DNA from: Candidatus Bathyarchaeia archaeon
GTDB lineage: Archaea > Thermoproteota > Bathyarchaeia > 40CM-2-53-6 > DTGE01
DNA length: 64,000 bases
Direction: 5' to 3'
NCBI GenBank assembly: GCA_038852285.1
Contig: JAWCKG010000005.1
Span: forward strand, 16,812-80,811
Shown: piece by piece, positions 8,533 to 17,675 of the stretch
Layout of the letters: the number at the start of each line of letters is the position of its first letter
Position numbering within the stretch: the stretch's first letter is position 1
Made by a program: the position numbers and the translations under genes
Notes under the pieces: generated by a model
The model's input: only the letters and a program-made list of their open reading frames with translations
The model's database searches: none
Told to the model about the DNA's origin: nothing

Positions 8533-10485
8533 ATGAGACGAAACCTTGTAGAGAAGATCGTTGAAGCCCACCTTGTAGAGGGCGAATTAAAGCCCGGACG
8601 GGAGATAGCACTGAAAATCGATCAAGTCCTCATCCAAGACGCGACAGGAACAACCGTAGCCCTAGAATATGAGAGCATGAACTTGGGACGGGTGAAGACC
8701 AATCCGTCCGTGATATACGTGGATCATAACACTCTTCAAACAGGGTTCGAAAACGCGGATGACCATAGGTACTTGCAGACCTTCGCGGCTAAATATGGAC
8801 TGTACTTTTCTAAGCCGGGCAACGGGATTTGCCATCAAGTAAATCTGGAAAGGTTTAGCAGGCCAGGTAGAACATTGCTGGGATCTGATTCACATACCCC
8901 CATGGCTGGAGCGGTCGCCATGCTCGGAATCGGGGCGGGCGGCCTTGACGTAGTCTTAGCCATGGCTGGACAACCCTTCTACACAACCATGCCAAAGGTG
9001 GTTGGAGTAGAATTGAAGGGTAAACTGAAGCCCTGGGTCAGCGGAAAGGACATCGCCCTAGAGATGTTGAGAAGACTCGGCGTCAAAGGCGGGTTGGGTA
9101 AAGCCTTCGAATACTACGGAGATGGCTTGAAACATCTCAGCGTCTCAGCCAGGGCCACCATCTGCAACATGGGCACAGAGATGGGAGCCACCACCTCCAT
9201 ATTCCCCTCAGACCAAGTTACGAAAAGGTTTTTTGAAGCTCAACAAAGGCTTAGGGATTGGAAACCTCTTCAACCCGACGGGAACGCCGAGTACGATGAG
9301 TACTTGGAGGTAAACCTTGAAGGACTTGAGCCTTTAATCGCATGTCCCTCTTCACCGGACAACGTTAAACCAGTTCGAGAGGTCGAGGGAATTAAGGTTC
9401 ATCAGGTTTTAGTGGGAAGCTGCGTCAACTCCTCTCTTGAGGACTTGATGCTTGTAAGCAAACTGCTGGCTCGACATGGGATTCACCCCGAGGTCAGCTT
9501 CGCCGTCGCCCCGGGGTCTAGGCAGGTGCTTGAAGCGCTAGCTGAAAAAGGGGCTTTAAAAGCCATCATCGCGGGCGGGGCTAGGATGCTTGAAAGCGCC
9601 TGCGATGGATGCATTGGAATGGGACAAGCCCCTCCAACCGACGCGGTTTCGCTTCGAACATACAACCGAAACTACCCGGGTCGTAGCGGAACTAGAGGCG
9701 ACAAGGTGTATCTGTGTAGCCCCCAGGTAGCTGCAGCCTCGGCCATAAGGGGGGTGATCACCGACCCGAGGAAGCTGGGTACGCCGCCAAGGATCCCAAC
9801 ACCTAACAGGTTCCCCGTAAACGACCGCCACATTATACCGCCTTCGGAAAGGTGGGAAGAGGTTCAAGTCATTAGAGGGCCTAACATCAAGCCAATACCA
9901 TTAGGTAAACCTTTGGACCAAAGCCTAGGCGGGGAGGTATTATTGAAGCTGGGGGACGATGTCACGACGGACCAAATAATGCCTGCTGGAAGCCAGATCC
10001 TACCTTTGAGAAGCAACATTTTAAAGCTCAGCGAATTCGTTTTTAAGCATGTGGATCCCTCCTTCGCTGAGAGGGCGAGGAGGCTTGGTGGAGGAATCAT
10101 CGTCGCGGGGGAAAATTATGGTCAAGGCTCGTCGAGGGAGCATGCCGCTCTCGCCCCAGCGTACCTAGGGGTTAAAGCGGTCATGGCTAAAAGCTTCGCC
10201 AGAATACATAGGGACAACTTAATCAACTTCGCCGTAATACCCCTCCGATTCAAGCATAAGGAGGATTACGGGAAAATAGAGGTAGGAGATTACATCGAAT
10301 TGCCACATATACTGGAGAGGTTAAGGGAGCATAGAAACATGGGCTTTGAGGCCTCAGATATCGGGGCGTATAACAGATCTAAGGGATTTGCGTTCACCTT
10401 GATCAACGATTTAACGAGGAGACAAGTGGACATAGTAATCTATGGAGGCGCCCTTAACTACGCCCTTCAGAGGCTGAATCCTTAG
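8533..10485 (+). CDS. acnA: Aconitate hydratase (single-chain, 650-aa type)
   Basis: 'DHN', 'GNGICHQV', 'GSDSHT', 'GSCVNSS', 'CDGCIG', 'RTYNRNY', 'TTDQIMPAG', 'NYGQGSSREHAA'. Confidence 0.9.
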   Translation: MRRNLVEKIVEAHLVEGELKPGREIALKIDQVLIQDATGTTVALEYESMNLGRVKTNPSVIYVDHNTLQTGFENADDHRYLQTFAAKYGLYFSKPGNGICHQVNLERFSRPGRTLLGSDSHTPMAGAVAMLGIGAGGLDVVLAMAGQPFYTTMPKVVGVELKGKLKPWVSGKDIALEMLRRLGVKGGLGKAFEYYGDGLKHLSVSARATICNMGTEMGATTSIFPSDQVTKRFFEAQQRLRDWKPLQPDGNAEYDEYLEVNLEGLEPLIACPSSPDNVKPVREVEGIKVHQVLVGSCVNSSLEDLMLVSKLLARHGIHPEVSFAVAPGSRQVLEALAEKGALKAIIAGGARMLESACDGCIGMGQAPPTDAVSLRTYNRNYPGRSGTRGDKVYLCSPQVAAASAIRGVITDPRKLGTPPRIPTPNRFPVNDRHIIPPSERWEEVQVIRGPNIKPIPLGKPLDQSLGGEVLLKLGDDVTTDQIMPAGSQILPLRSNILKLSEFVFKHVDPSFAERARRLGGGIIVAGENYGQGSSREHAALAPAYLGVKAVMAKSFARIHRDNLINFAVIPLRFKHKEDYGKIEVGDYIELPHILERLREHRNMGFEASDIGAYNRSKGFAFTLINDLTRRQVDIVIYGGALNYALQRLNP

Positions 10486-10840
10486 GTTCGCCCTCCATGA
10501 ACTTCTGTTTCTCAACGTATTCCACCCTAGGCGGGCTGAACACATCTAGGAAAACCCCGTTCTCAGGACCGTAAACCCTGACCTCATGGCTTTCATAAGG
10601 CTTGATCCTGTAAACCATACCCTTTCTGACCGTCTTCCTCACCCCATTACAGGTGAAAACGGCTTCACCTGACAAGCAGACCCCCATCTGCTCATGGGGG
10701 TGGCTGTGAGAGGGCACCACGGAGCCCGGAGGGATCTCAACTAAGAAAAAGGTCATGCGGTCCCCGCTGAGCAGAACCCGACCATAAACTCCTGGGAAAA
10801 ACTCATACCTTCGAAGGTCATTGTAATCTAACGTTTCCAT
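10454..10840 (-). CDS. Cupin-domain protein
   Basis: 'HSHPHEQ...H' metal motif and 'DVFSPPR'. Start moved to the ATG at 10840. 3' end overlaps the aconitase 3' end. Confidence 0.85.
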   Translation of the reverse strand: METLDYNDLRRYEFFPGVYGRVLLSGDRMTFFLVEIPPGSVVPSHSHPHEQMGVCLSGEAVFTCNGVRKTVRKGMVYRIKPYESHEVRVYGPENGVFLDVFSPPRVEYVEKQKFMEGEPKDSASEGRS

Positions 10841-10988
10841 CGCATCACATCCGTTGACTTTTAAGAGGATGAACGAGGCATTTATCAATGTTCTTTTCTT
10901 ATCTACATCTCAACGTTCTTTTTTCAAGCAGTCACTATTTAGAGGATGGGGAACGTAAAAGAAGGGTAACCTGAGTTTGATGATCGGC

Positions 10989-12497
10989 TTAAAGGCCCAG
11001 CATGCCTGGGTTTAGAATATTGTTTGGGTCCAGTAACTTTTTGACGCTCTTTAAAAGGTAGTAGTAGGGGGCGTAAAGTGTTTTCAAGTAGCCCTCAGTC
11101 CCCCACTCGCCGGCGAAGTATGGTTGCCATCCGCAGTCTGATCTCATGTATTCATCGCGTATTCTTTTGGAGTGATAAACCACTCTTTCTCGGCTAGGCA
11201 TGTGGTACTGGTCTCCAAGGACGCCGGGATATATGGCTATTGCAGAGGGGTTGAGCACGTAGCCGAAGAATGTGCCGCTGATATCATGTTTCTGGAGGTC
11301 TTCCTTATTTTCCTCCAAGTACTTGTAAAGGATTTCTCGGCTTTTCGCGAATTGAGAGGGCCTTATGAGTCCGCCACCTCCGATGAAGGATGTCCCTAAA
11401 CCTGTGTCAACGTTCATGAAGGGTTGATAGAACCCGTGAAGCTGGTTGTCATGGTAGTCCATGGCGTAGTGTCTACCCATGATCCATCCCCCGTTTTCCC
11501 CGACTATTTTCTCGATCATCTTAACCTTTTCCTCTAAGACGGTTCGGCTGTGCTCTTCCACCACGGCGAACGCGATCATGTCTCCCTTTTTCTCAAACCT
11601 CTCCACGTTTCCTGACTCCTCTAAGTCATCGTATATGGCTTTAAGCCATCTTCTCATCTCAGGCCCTACGCCATCATAGCTAACCTCGTTTCGCAAATAG
11701 GCTAGGAATTGGATGATGAGTTTATCGTGAAAATTCATGTCCGTAGCCAGCCTTTTACTCGATATTTTTTGGAATATTGTTTGCATGTCCGCTACGTTGT
11801 CAACGCCCCATCCTACACCGTCAGCGAACTCCGGTTTCGCCCATAAACCGAAGGACACTTTAGTTTTCACTCCTAGCGTTCCATGATCGCCTATGAAGAG
11901 GCCTGTAAGGTCAGGGGTTCCATGATAACGAGCATAAAATTTATGCGGCCATTTATAGGCTGAGGCGGTGCGTATGAGCTCACCGGTCGGGAGAACGACT
12001 TCAACTCCTCTTATCACATCGCCCGTACCCCCATATTTCAGCGAGGCATGCCAGTTACTGGACATACTGGCCGCGCCGCCGACGCTGGCGGCCAAGCCGC
12101 TCCCAGGACCCCTAAAGGTGTCTAGCCCCCTTTTCCACAGTTGATGTATCAGGTTGGCGAAGGTTGCCCCCGCCTCTGCGACGGCCACCATATCACCGTC
12201 ATCAACTTCTATTTGATTCATCCTCGTCATATCTAACAGGACACCGTAAGGTTTCAGGGGCATCCCAGCCCCCACCGGGGTAACTCCACCACCCCTAGGC
12301 CAGATCGGAACGCGTAGTCTGTTCGCCAAGTCGACGATGGCGGAAACCTCATAGGGGTCGCCGGGTCTGACGACAACCTCAGGCATCCTTTCCCGCCATG
12401 GCCCCACATCCTTAGCGTAAGCCCATCGTACGTGAGGCTCCTCTGAAACGTATTTCTCCCCAACTATATCAGAGATCCGCTCCGCCAAAGATCTCAT
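10989..12497 (-). CDS. FAD-linked oxidoreductase, VAO/GlcD superfamily
   Basis: 'PEVVVRP', 'PRGGG', 'EAGATF', 'EVVLPTGE', 'GLFIGDHGTLGV', C-terminal 'LDPNNILNPG'. The ATG at 12497 follows GAGGTGA. Confidence 0.9.
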   Translation of the reverse strand: MRSLAERISDIVGEKYVSEEPHVRWAYAKDVGPWRERMPEVVVRPGDPYEVSAIVDLANRLRVPIWPRGGGVTPVGAGMPLKPYGVLLDMTRMNQIEVDDGDMVAVAEAGATFANLIHQLWKRGLDTFRGPGSGLAASVGGAASMSSNWHASLKYGGTGDVIRGVEVVLPTGELIRTASAYKWPHKFYARYHGTPDLTGLFIGDHGTLGVKTKVSFGLWAKPEFADGVGWGVDNVADMQTIFQKISSKRLATDMNFHDKLIIQFLAYLRNEVSYDGVGPEMRRWLKAIYDDLEESGNVERFEKKGDMIAFAVVEEHSRTVLEEKVKMIEKIVGENGGWIMGRHYAMDYHDNQLHGFYQPFMNVDTGLGTSFIGGGGLIRPSQFAKSREILYKYLEENKEDLQKHDISGTFFGYVLNPSAIAIYPGVLGDQYHMPSRERVVYHSKRIRDEYMRSDCGWQPYFAGEWGTEGYLKTLYAPYYYLLKSVKKLLDPNNILNPGMLGL

Positions 12498-12513
12498 CTC
12501 ATTTTTCACCTCA

Positions 12514-12666
12514 TCACGGTATTTTACTCAATATCTTAGCGAAGTGCACCAGTTTTTTACATTTGGGGCAAACAACATGCTTGTACCGATTTATTACATC
12601 GAAGTCTATCATATTGCCAGGTAAGCGCCACTGATTCCCACATAAAGGACACTCCAAAGTCGGCAT
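12514..12666 (-). CDS. Small zinc-ribbon/rubredoxin-like protein, 50 aa (not in ORF track)
   Basis: MPTLECPLCGNQWRLPGNMIDFDVINRYKHVVCPKCKKLVHFAKILSKIP*. Two CxxC motifs, a GAGGTGA RBS, and it fills the gap between two co-oriented genes. Confidence 0.85.
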   Translation of the reverse strand: MPTLECPLCGNQWRLPGNMIDFDVINRYKHVVCPKCKKLVHFAKILSKIP

Positions 12667-12671
12667 TTTCT

Positions 12672-13883
12672 TCACCTCTCCTCAATGGAGGTTAAGGCCA
12701 GCTCGACAATGTCTTGAACCTTCAAGGTGCCACCTGCCGCTAGCGAGGCGTCTTCAAGGTTCCTCTTACAGAAGGGACAGGCTGAAGTCAATATCTCAGC
12801 GCCAGTCGCCGCGGCTTCTCGAACCCGCTCACCAGCGATACTCAAAGATATGTCGGGGAAGGCCCCTCTTACGCCGCCGCCGGCACCGCAGCAAAAAGCC
12901 CCAGCCTTAACCCGCTCCATCTCCACCAATTCCAAGCCGGGAATCTGATTGATCAGGTCCCTAGGGGCTCCGTAAACGCCCAGATGCCTGCCAAGATGGC
13001 AGGGGTCATGATACGTAACCCTAACGTTCAAAGGCTTAACGAACTTTAACCCATCCATTTCAAGCAGGAGCTGGGATACATGCTTCAACTCAAATCTTAA
13101 AGGCCTGCCCAACACCTCTGGGTAGTCGGAGGAGAATGTTCTAAAACATCCGGGACATGAAAACACAACGGTCGAGGCTCCTGTATCCTCGATCATCTGA
13201 ACAACCTTTTCAGCCAATTCCACCGCCACCTCTCGGAAACCTGTCCTAAACATGACTGAGCCGCAGCAAACTTCCTCAGGCAGAACCGTAAAGTCAACCT
13301 TAGCGGTTTGAAGCAGCTTAACCGTAGACGTAGCTAGCTCAGGTAGCCTTAACGCCGATGTGCAGCCCACAAAATATACTACATCAGCTTTTTTAGGCAG
13401 TTTCATTTGGGAAGGAATCCAAGCGAACCGTTTCTCCGGGGGCTCATCGTAAGGGTTATAGTATTTTCTTATCCTCTCCGCGAATTCTTTATGCTCTTTC
13501 ATCGGGCCTACTCCACTGTCGACTAAATCAGCCCGTAATGCCTCGATAACACCGACTGTATCGACTAGAGCTCCGCACCATTGCTTACACGCACCGCAGG
13601 TCGTGCACAAGTATACGTCCTCAGCCATCGCCGGGGTAGGTTTCAAAGCTTCATACAAGAGTCCCCGAGCTATCAACATCTTTCCGGAGGCGCCAACAAT
13701 CGAGGTAAATCCTGAGGTGTAATCCTTAAAAGGACATATTTCTCGGGTGTAGCCGAATGGCTCCGCGTACCTAATGGCTTCTCGACAAAACTTACAGTTT
13801 TTGCACCATGAAATATAGTCTTCAAAGGCCTTTATGCGGAGTTTTTCGGACCGCTTAGTCCCTACATACATAGAGATAGCCAT
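12672..13883 (-). CDS. HdrD/GlcF-like Fe-S protein with two CCG domains
   Basis: N-terminal 'CKNCKFC...CP' and 'CTTCGACKQWC'. Also 'FVGC', 'VCCGS', 'SCPGC', 'YHDPCHLGR', 'FCCGAGGG', 'ACPFC'. Confidence 0.9.
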   Translation of the reverse strand: MAISMYVGTKRSEKLRIKAFEDYISWCKNCKFCREAIRYAEPFGYTREICPFKDYTSGFTSIVGASGKMLIARGLLYEALKPTPAMAEDVYLCTTCGACKQWCGALVDTVGVIEALRADLVDSGVGPMKEHKEFAERIRKYYNPYDEPPEKRFAWIPSQMKLPKKADVVYFVGCTSALRLPELATSTVKLLQTAKVDFTVLPEEVCCGSVMFRTGFREVAVELAEKVVQMIEDTGASTVVFSCPGCFRTFSSDYPEVLGRPLRFELKHVSQLLLEMDGLKFVKPLNVRVTYHDPCHLGRHLGVYGAPRDLINQIPGLELVEMERVKAGAFCCGAGGGVRGAFPDISLSIAGERVREAAATGAEILTSACPFCKRNLEDASLAAGGTLKVQDIVELALTSIEER

Positions 13884-13931
13884 TATTCATCGACCAGAAA
13901 GTCCATTATGAAGTAGAGGTTTTGTTGAAGT

Positions 13932-13939
13932 TATATAAA
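13932..13939 (-). promoter_or_regulatory. TATA box of the HdrD-like/Zn-ribbon/FAD-oxidoreductase operon
   Basis: The minus strand reads AAAAAATCC-TTTATATA about 50 bp upstream of the start at 13883. Confidence 0.55.
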
Positions 13940-14021
13940 GGATTTTTTCATCCTGTAGCTTTTTGATCGGTTCATCCACATTATGCCTTGAAAAGTTGAA
14001 CGCTAAACGTGTATCAGCTTT

Positions 14022-15947
14022 TTATTCCTTCAATGATATTCCGCTGTTTTCTAAATGCGTTGCCACCTCGTCAAGCTCAAGCTCCAAAAGTTTTGATTTT
14101 CTAGGCACTCCCTCCGAATCCCATCCTCTTAACTCATAGTACCAGTCTAGCATCCGCTCGTAATTTTCAACGACGGCACCTTCCGTGGGCCCGTTGAGAA
14201 GCTTTTCAGTTCTCCATCTTTTAGCGATTATGTCGTCTTTTCTTCTTACGCCTTCACGTATGTTAAATGCCCTCTCGAGGTTAAACAGTCTTTCTCCCGC
14301 TTTAACAAGCTCCTGATCGTTGATTTCCCATCCTGTCAACGCGGAAAGGAGAATGGCGAACCTCTTAATCGTGAGGCCTGTTTCCCCATTGGGGGAACTG
14401 GTGTGAAATAGGCATGTTCCAAGGGCTTCGTGAACGTTTCCGCAGTTTTGGCATACCACTACTATCTTCGCTTTTTCTTTTGACTCATCTAATGGGCTTA
14501 TGTTCGATGGGTCAGGTAACCCGTATGCTTCCATGCCGCTGGTCGCTTTGAACATGCTAGGGTTGCCAACCCAGTGATAACGTATGTGACAGGCTCCTCT
14601 ATTGCAGGTCCCGTATTGCAAGGCCATCTCCTTTATGGCTCTCGGTGAATGACCAGGTTGCTCTAATCCCTTCACGTGTAAAGCGAGGTCCATGGCATTT
14701 TTACCAAGTTTCTCGGCGACTCGAACAACGCCTTCGGCGAGCAGATCTCCGATTCCTTGTCTTGTCGCTATTTTCTCCGTCAGGTCTACGAGGACTTCAG
14801 GGTCACCCCACGATAACCTCATTCCCTCAGTTTCCTTCAGGGTTATCAACCCTTTTTCAAAGCATTCGACGGCGAAAGCGATCATATAACCGGTGGATAT
14901 CGTATCCATTCCGTAAATGTTGCATAAATAGCTGGCCCTTGTAATCGCTTCCAAGTTATCGATTCTTAAGTATGGGCCCATTAAGTCGATGGTTTCGTAT
15001 TCCGGTCCTCCCATCGGCGGCGACCTGTATGGACCGGATTTGATTTCCGAGTATCTTTCACACCCATAGGAGCAGGCTTGACAGGCCCGGGCCTTCACCA
15101 AATAGTTTCTCCGCAACTTTTCGACGGAGACGTTTTCCCATCGATCAAAGTATCCGGACCGGTCGTGCCAAGTGGGAAGGGCTCCGAAAGCGTTGAGAGA
15201 GCCCGTATAAGCCGGTGTGCCTTCGTAAGCGTATAGCGCGTATAGGGGATTGTTTCGAACAGCTTTCTCTATCTCAATTAGGGCTTTTCGGCACGTTTCA
15301 GGGTCGTTTACCTTTATATCCTTCGTTCCTCTGACGGCTACGGCCTTCACGTTTTTGGATCCCATTACGGCGCCTACTCCACACCTGCCAGCCGCCCGGC
15401 ACAAATCGTTCATAATAGCCGCGAATCTAACCAGCTTTTCCCCCGCTGGCCCTACGATGGCGAGGCGTGCTTGGTATTCGCCGAGATCTTCTTTGATGAT
15501 GGCCTCAGCCTCGGGTACTGGTTTACCCCAAGCATCCCCTGCATCCCTAATTTCTACCAGATCGTTACATACCCATAGGTAGCATGGCTTTTCAGCCCTC
15601 CCTTCTAAGATGATCATGTCGTATCCGGCGTATTTCATCTCCGGTCCGAAGAATCCCCCCGACCTAGCCGCGGCCCATAGCCCTGTTAGAGGCGATTTCG
15701 TCACGGCCTGCCACGATCCCCCACCTTCGCATAGCGTGCCAGCCATAACTCCGGCTGTCAATATGAGCTTGTTCTCAGGGCCCAGGGGATCTACGCCGGG
15801 CTTCAATTCATCGAACAGAATTTTTGTGGCTAGCCCTGGCCCTCCAAGGTACTTTCTCGCCTGATCTTCTTTTAAGGGCTCCTTTATAATTTTCTTATTC
15901 TTCAGGTTTATGCGAAGGATTGTTCCTGCGAATCCACCTAAAACCAT
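14022..15947 (-). CDS. aor: Tungsten-dependent aldehyde:ferredoxin oxidoreductase family protein
   Basis: 'KSPLTG', 'GRCGVGAVMGSKN', 'CQACSYGC', 'PEYET', 'GMDTIS', 'NRGACH', 'YYELRGWD'. Confidence 0.93.
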   Translation of the reverse strand: MVLGGFAGTILRINLKNKKIIKEPLKEDQARKYLGGPGLATKILFDELKPGVDPLGPENKLILTAGVMAGTLCEGGGSWQAVTKSPLTGLWAAARSGGFFGPEMKYAGYDMIILEGRAEKPCYLWVCNDLVEIRDAGDAWGKPVPEAEAIIKEDLGEYQARLAIVGPAGEKLVRFAAIMNDLCRAAGRCGVGAVMGSKNVKAVAVRGTKDIKVNDPETCRKALIEIEKAVRNNPLYALYAYEGTPAYTGSLNAFGALPTWHDRSGYFDRWENVSVEKLRRNYLVKARACQACSYGCERYSEIKSGPYRSPPMGGPEYETIDLMGPYLRIDNLEAITRASYLCNIYGMDTISTGYMIAFAVECFEKGLITLKETEGMRLSWGDPEVLVDLTEKIATRQGIGDLLAEGVVRVAEKLGKNAMDLALHVKGLEQPGHSPRAIKEMALQYGTCNRGACHIRYHWVGNPSMFKATSGMEAYGLPDPSNISPLDESKEKAKIVVVCQNCGNVHEALGTCLFHTSSPNGETGLTIKRFAILLSALTGWEINDQELVKAGERLFNLERAFNIREGVRRKDDIIAKRWRTEKLLNGPTEGAVVENYERMLDWYYELRGWDSEGVPRKSKLLELELDEVATHLENSGISLKE

Positions 15948-15964
15948 TTTCTCATCTCTCCCTT

Positions 15965-16459
15965 CTAGAGTCTTTCCGGAGGTCCTATGGGCTCCTTTCG
16001 CCCTATCGAGATGGCCCCACCGTATTCCATCAGCCTCCTTAAATAGGCGGCTTTGTTAGGCTCCACATAGTATAGAACTTTTTTCGGACAATGCTTCACA
16101 CACTCCGGGTCGCCGCCGCACAGATCGCATTTAATAGCCTTACCTGTAACTGGATCTAGCGTTAAAACGCCGTATGGGCATGCGGTGACGCATCTGCCAC
16201 ATGAAGTACATTTTTCCTCATCGATGACCACAGCGTTGGTTTTGGGGTTTCTGTTCATGGCTTTAATAGGACATGCGTCCATGCACAGGCCACATTGAAT
16301 GCAGATCATTGGTATGTCAACGTATGGCTCTGACCTGATCACGTGGATCCTAGATCGAGCAGGGTTGAAGACTTTGCTTTTTATGAAGGAACACCATAGG
16401 ACACATTTCTCACAGCCCGTGCATCGCTCTGGATGGACTGCAAGGATTTTCTGCGCCAT
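15965..16459 (-). CDS. Multi-[4Fe-4S] electron-transfer subunit of the AOR
   Basis: CxxCxxCxxxC motifs and 'KCDLCGGDPECVKHCP'. Lies directly upstream of aor. Confidence 0.9.
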   Translation of the reverse strand: MAQKILAVHPERCTGCEKCVLWCSFIKSKVFNPARSRIHVIRSEPYVDIPMICIQCGLCMDACPIKAMNRNPKTNAVVIDEEKCTSCGRCVTACPYGVLTLDPVTGKAIKCDLCGGDPECVKHCPKKVLYYVEPNKAAYLRRLMEYGGAISIGRKEPIGPPERL

Positions 16460-16756
16460 TTATAATTCTTCCTCCTGATTAAGCTCGCAAATTTTTAGTT
16501 GCCCATTTATATTTAAAATATAGTATTTACAACGAATCTGAAATACACCTAAATTATCCTTTTAAGCGGTTTTAAGGTGTTTGAACGCCGTTTTAGTAAG
16601 CCTAAATCTTGTCATATTCGCATTATAACTAGCCACATAATTTACACTTAAAAGTTTTGTCAATAAATGCTTATCCTGGCCTCTTTCATTTCCTATTCTT
16701 ATAAATTATTTGGTGGGTTAATGTTGTTAATTTAGGGGAATGCGAGTTAATTACTG

Positions 16757-17581
16757 TTAATATTTTATAATCGTATGTTGATAGCGTATTTGACTCGTAT
16801 TTTTTCGATTTAGTGCCTTTAAGTGAACAGTTGAAAAAAGCTCATTCCAACGAGACGTTGATGTGGAGGATTTTAAGATGATTCTGGCGTCTACCGCTTG
16901 TAATCCCTTTTCATAGACTAATACAGGGTTGAGGTCTAATTGCTCAATTACCCCTTCGTAGCGCGCAGTCAGATTTGACACTTTGACTAGTGCGTCGACG
17001 ATGGCTCCTATGTCTAGGCGGGGCTGTCTTCTATACCCTTTCAATATTTTTGAGGCTTTCAACTCTTCTATCATTTCCTCCGCGTCTTCCTTGTTGATGG
17101 GCGCGATTCGAAAGGACACGTCCCTGTAGAGTTCAACGTATAAGCCGCCCATGCCCAACATAACGGTTGGGCCGAACTGCGGATCAGCGAGCGAGCCGAT
17201 GATTAATTCAAGCCCCGGCGGCGCCATCTTCTGGACCAATACGCCTTTAAACTCCGCTTTCGACGCATACCTCCTCAGGTTCGCTGCAACAACTTCAAAC
17301 CCAGTTTTAACCTCCTCAGGGTTCTTCAAGTTTACGAGAACCCCGCCTACATCGCTTTTATGCGTTACATGAGGCGAAACGACCTTCAACACCACTGGGT
17401 ATCCAAGCCTCTCAGCCGCTTCAACCGCCTCCCCCGGCGAGTCGGCCAACTGGAACCTCGGCGTGTCGACTCCATACTCCATGCATATGATCTTCGCCTC
17501 ATGCTCGTAAAGGACGGCCCTGTTCTCAGCTTTGGCGTTTTCGAGGATGTGATCGACTTTTGATGTCAACAGAAACCACAC
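16757..17581 (-). CDS. acdB: ADP-forming acyl-CoA synthetase beta subunit (ATP-grasp)
   Basis: 'GYPVVLKVVSP..THKSDVGGV', 'DPQFGPTVMLGMGG', 'LDLNPV', 'AVDARI'. The true start is probably a few codons downstream. Confidence 0.9.
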   Translation of the reverse strand: MWFLLTSKVDHILENAKAENRAVLYEHEAKIICMEYGVDTPRFQLADSPGEAVEAAERLGYPVVLKVVSPHVTHKSDVGGVLVNLKNPEEVKTGFEVVAANLRRYASKAEFKGVLVQKMAPPGLELIIGSLADPQFGPTVMLGMGGLYVELYRDVSFRIAPINKEDAEEMIEELKASKILKGYRRQPRLDIGAIVDALVKVSNLTARYEGVIEQLDLNPVLVYEKGLQAVDARIILKSSTSTSRWNELFSTVHLKALNRKNTSQIRYQHTIIKY

Positions 17582-17631
17582 CTTAGGTGGGTTTTAAGCC
17601 TGGATTTAAAGTTCACTGTCTCAGGCAGGTT

Positions 17632-17639
17632 TTTATATA
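17632..17639 (+). promoter_or_regulatory. TATA box in the divergent acdB/synthase promoter region
   Basis: TTTATATA(TA) about 40 bp before the ATG at 17676. Confidence 0.5.
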
Positions 17640-17675
17640 TATGCTGTTCTGAGCCATAACCGTTTGGTGTTTCGT

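Noticed and set aside
12514..12666. LysW carrier protein as identity of the small zinc ribbon
   Set aside because: It lacks the acidic EDWGE C-terminus and has no lys/arg biosynthetic neighbours.
16757..16870. Functional C-terminal extension on AcdB
   Set aside because: A low-information tail running into AT-rich spacer; more simply a lost stop codon.
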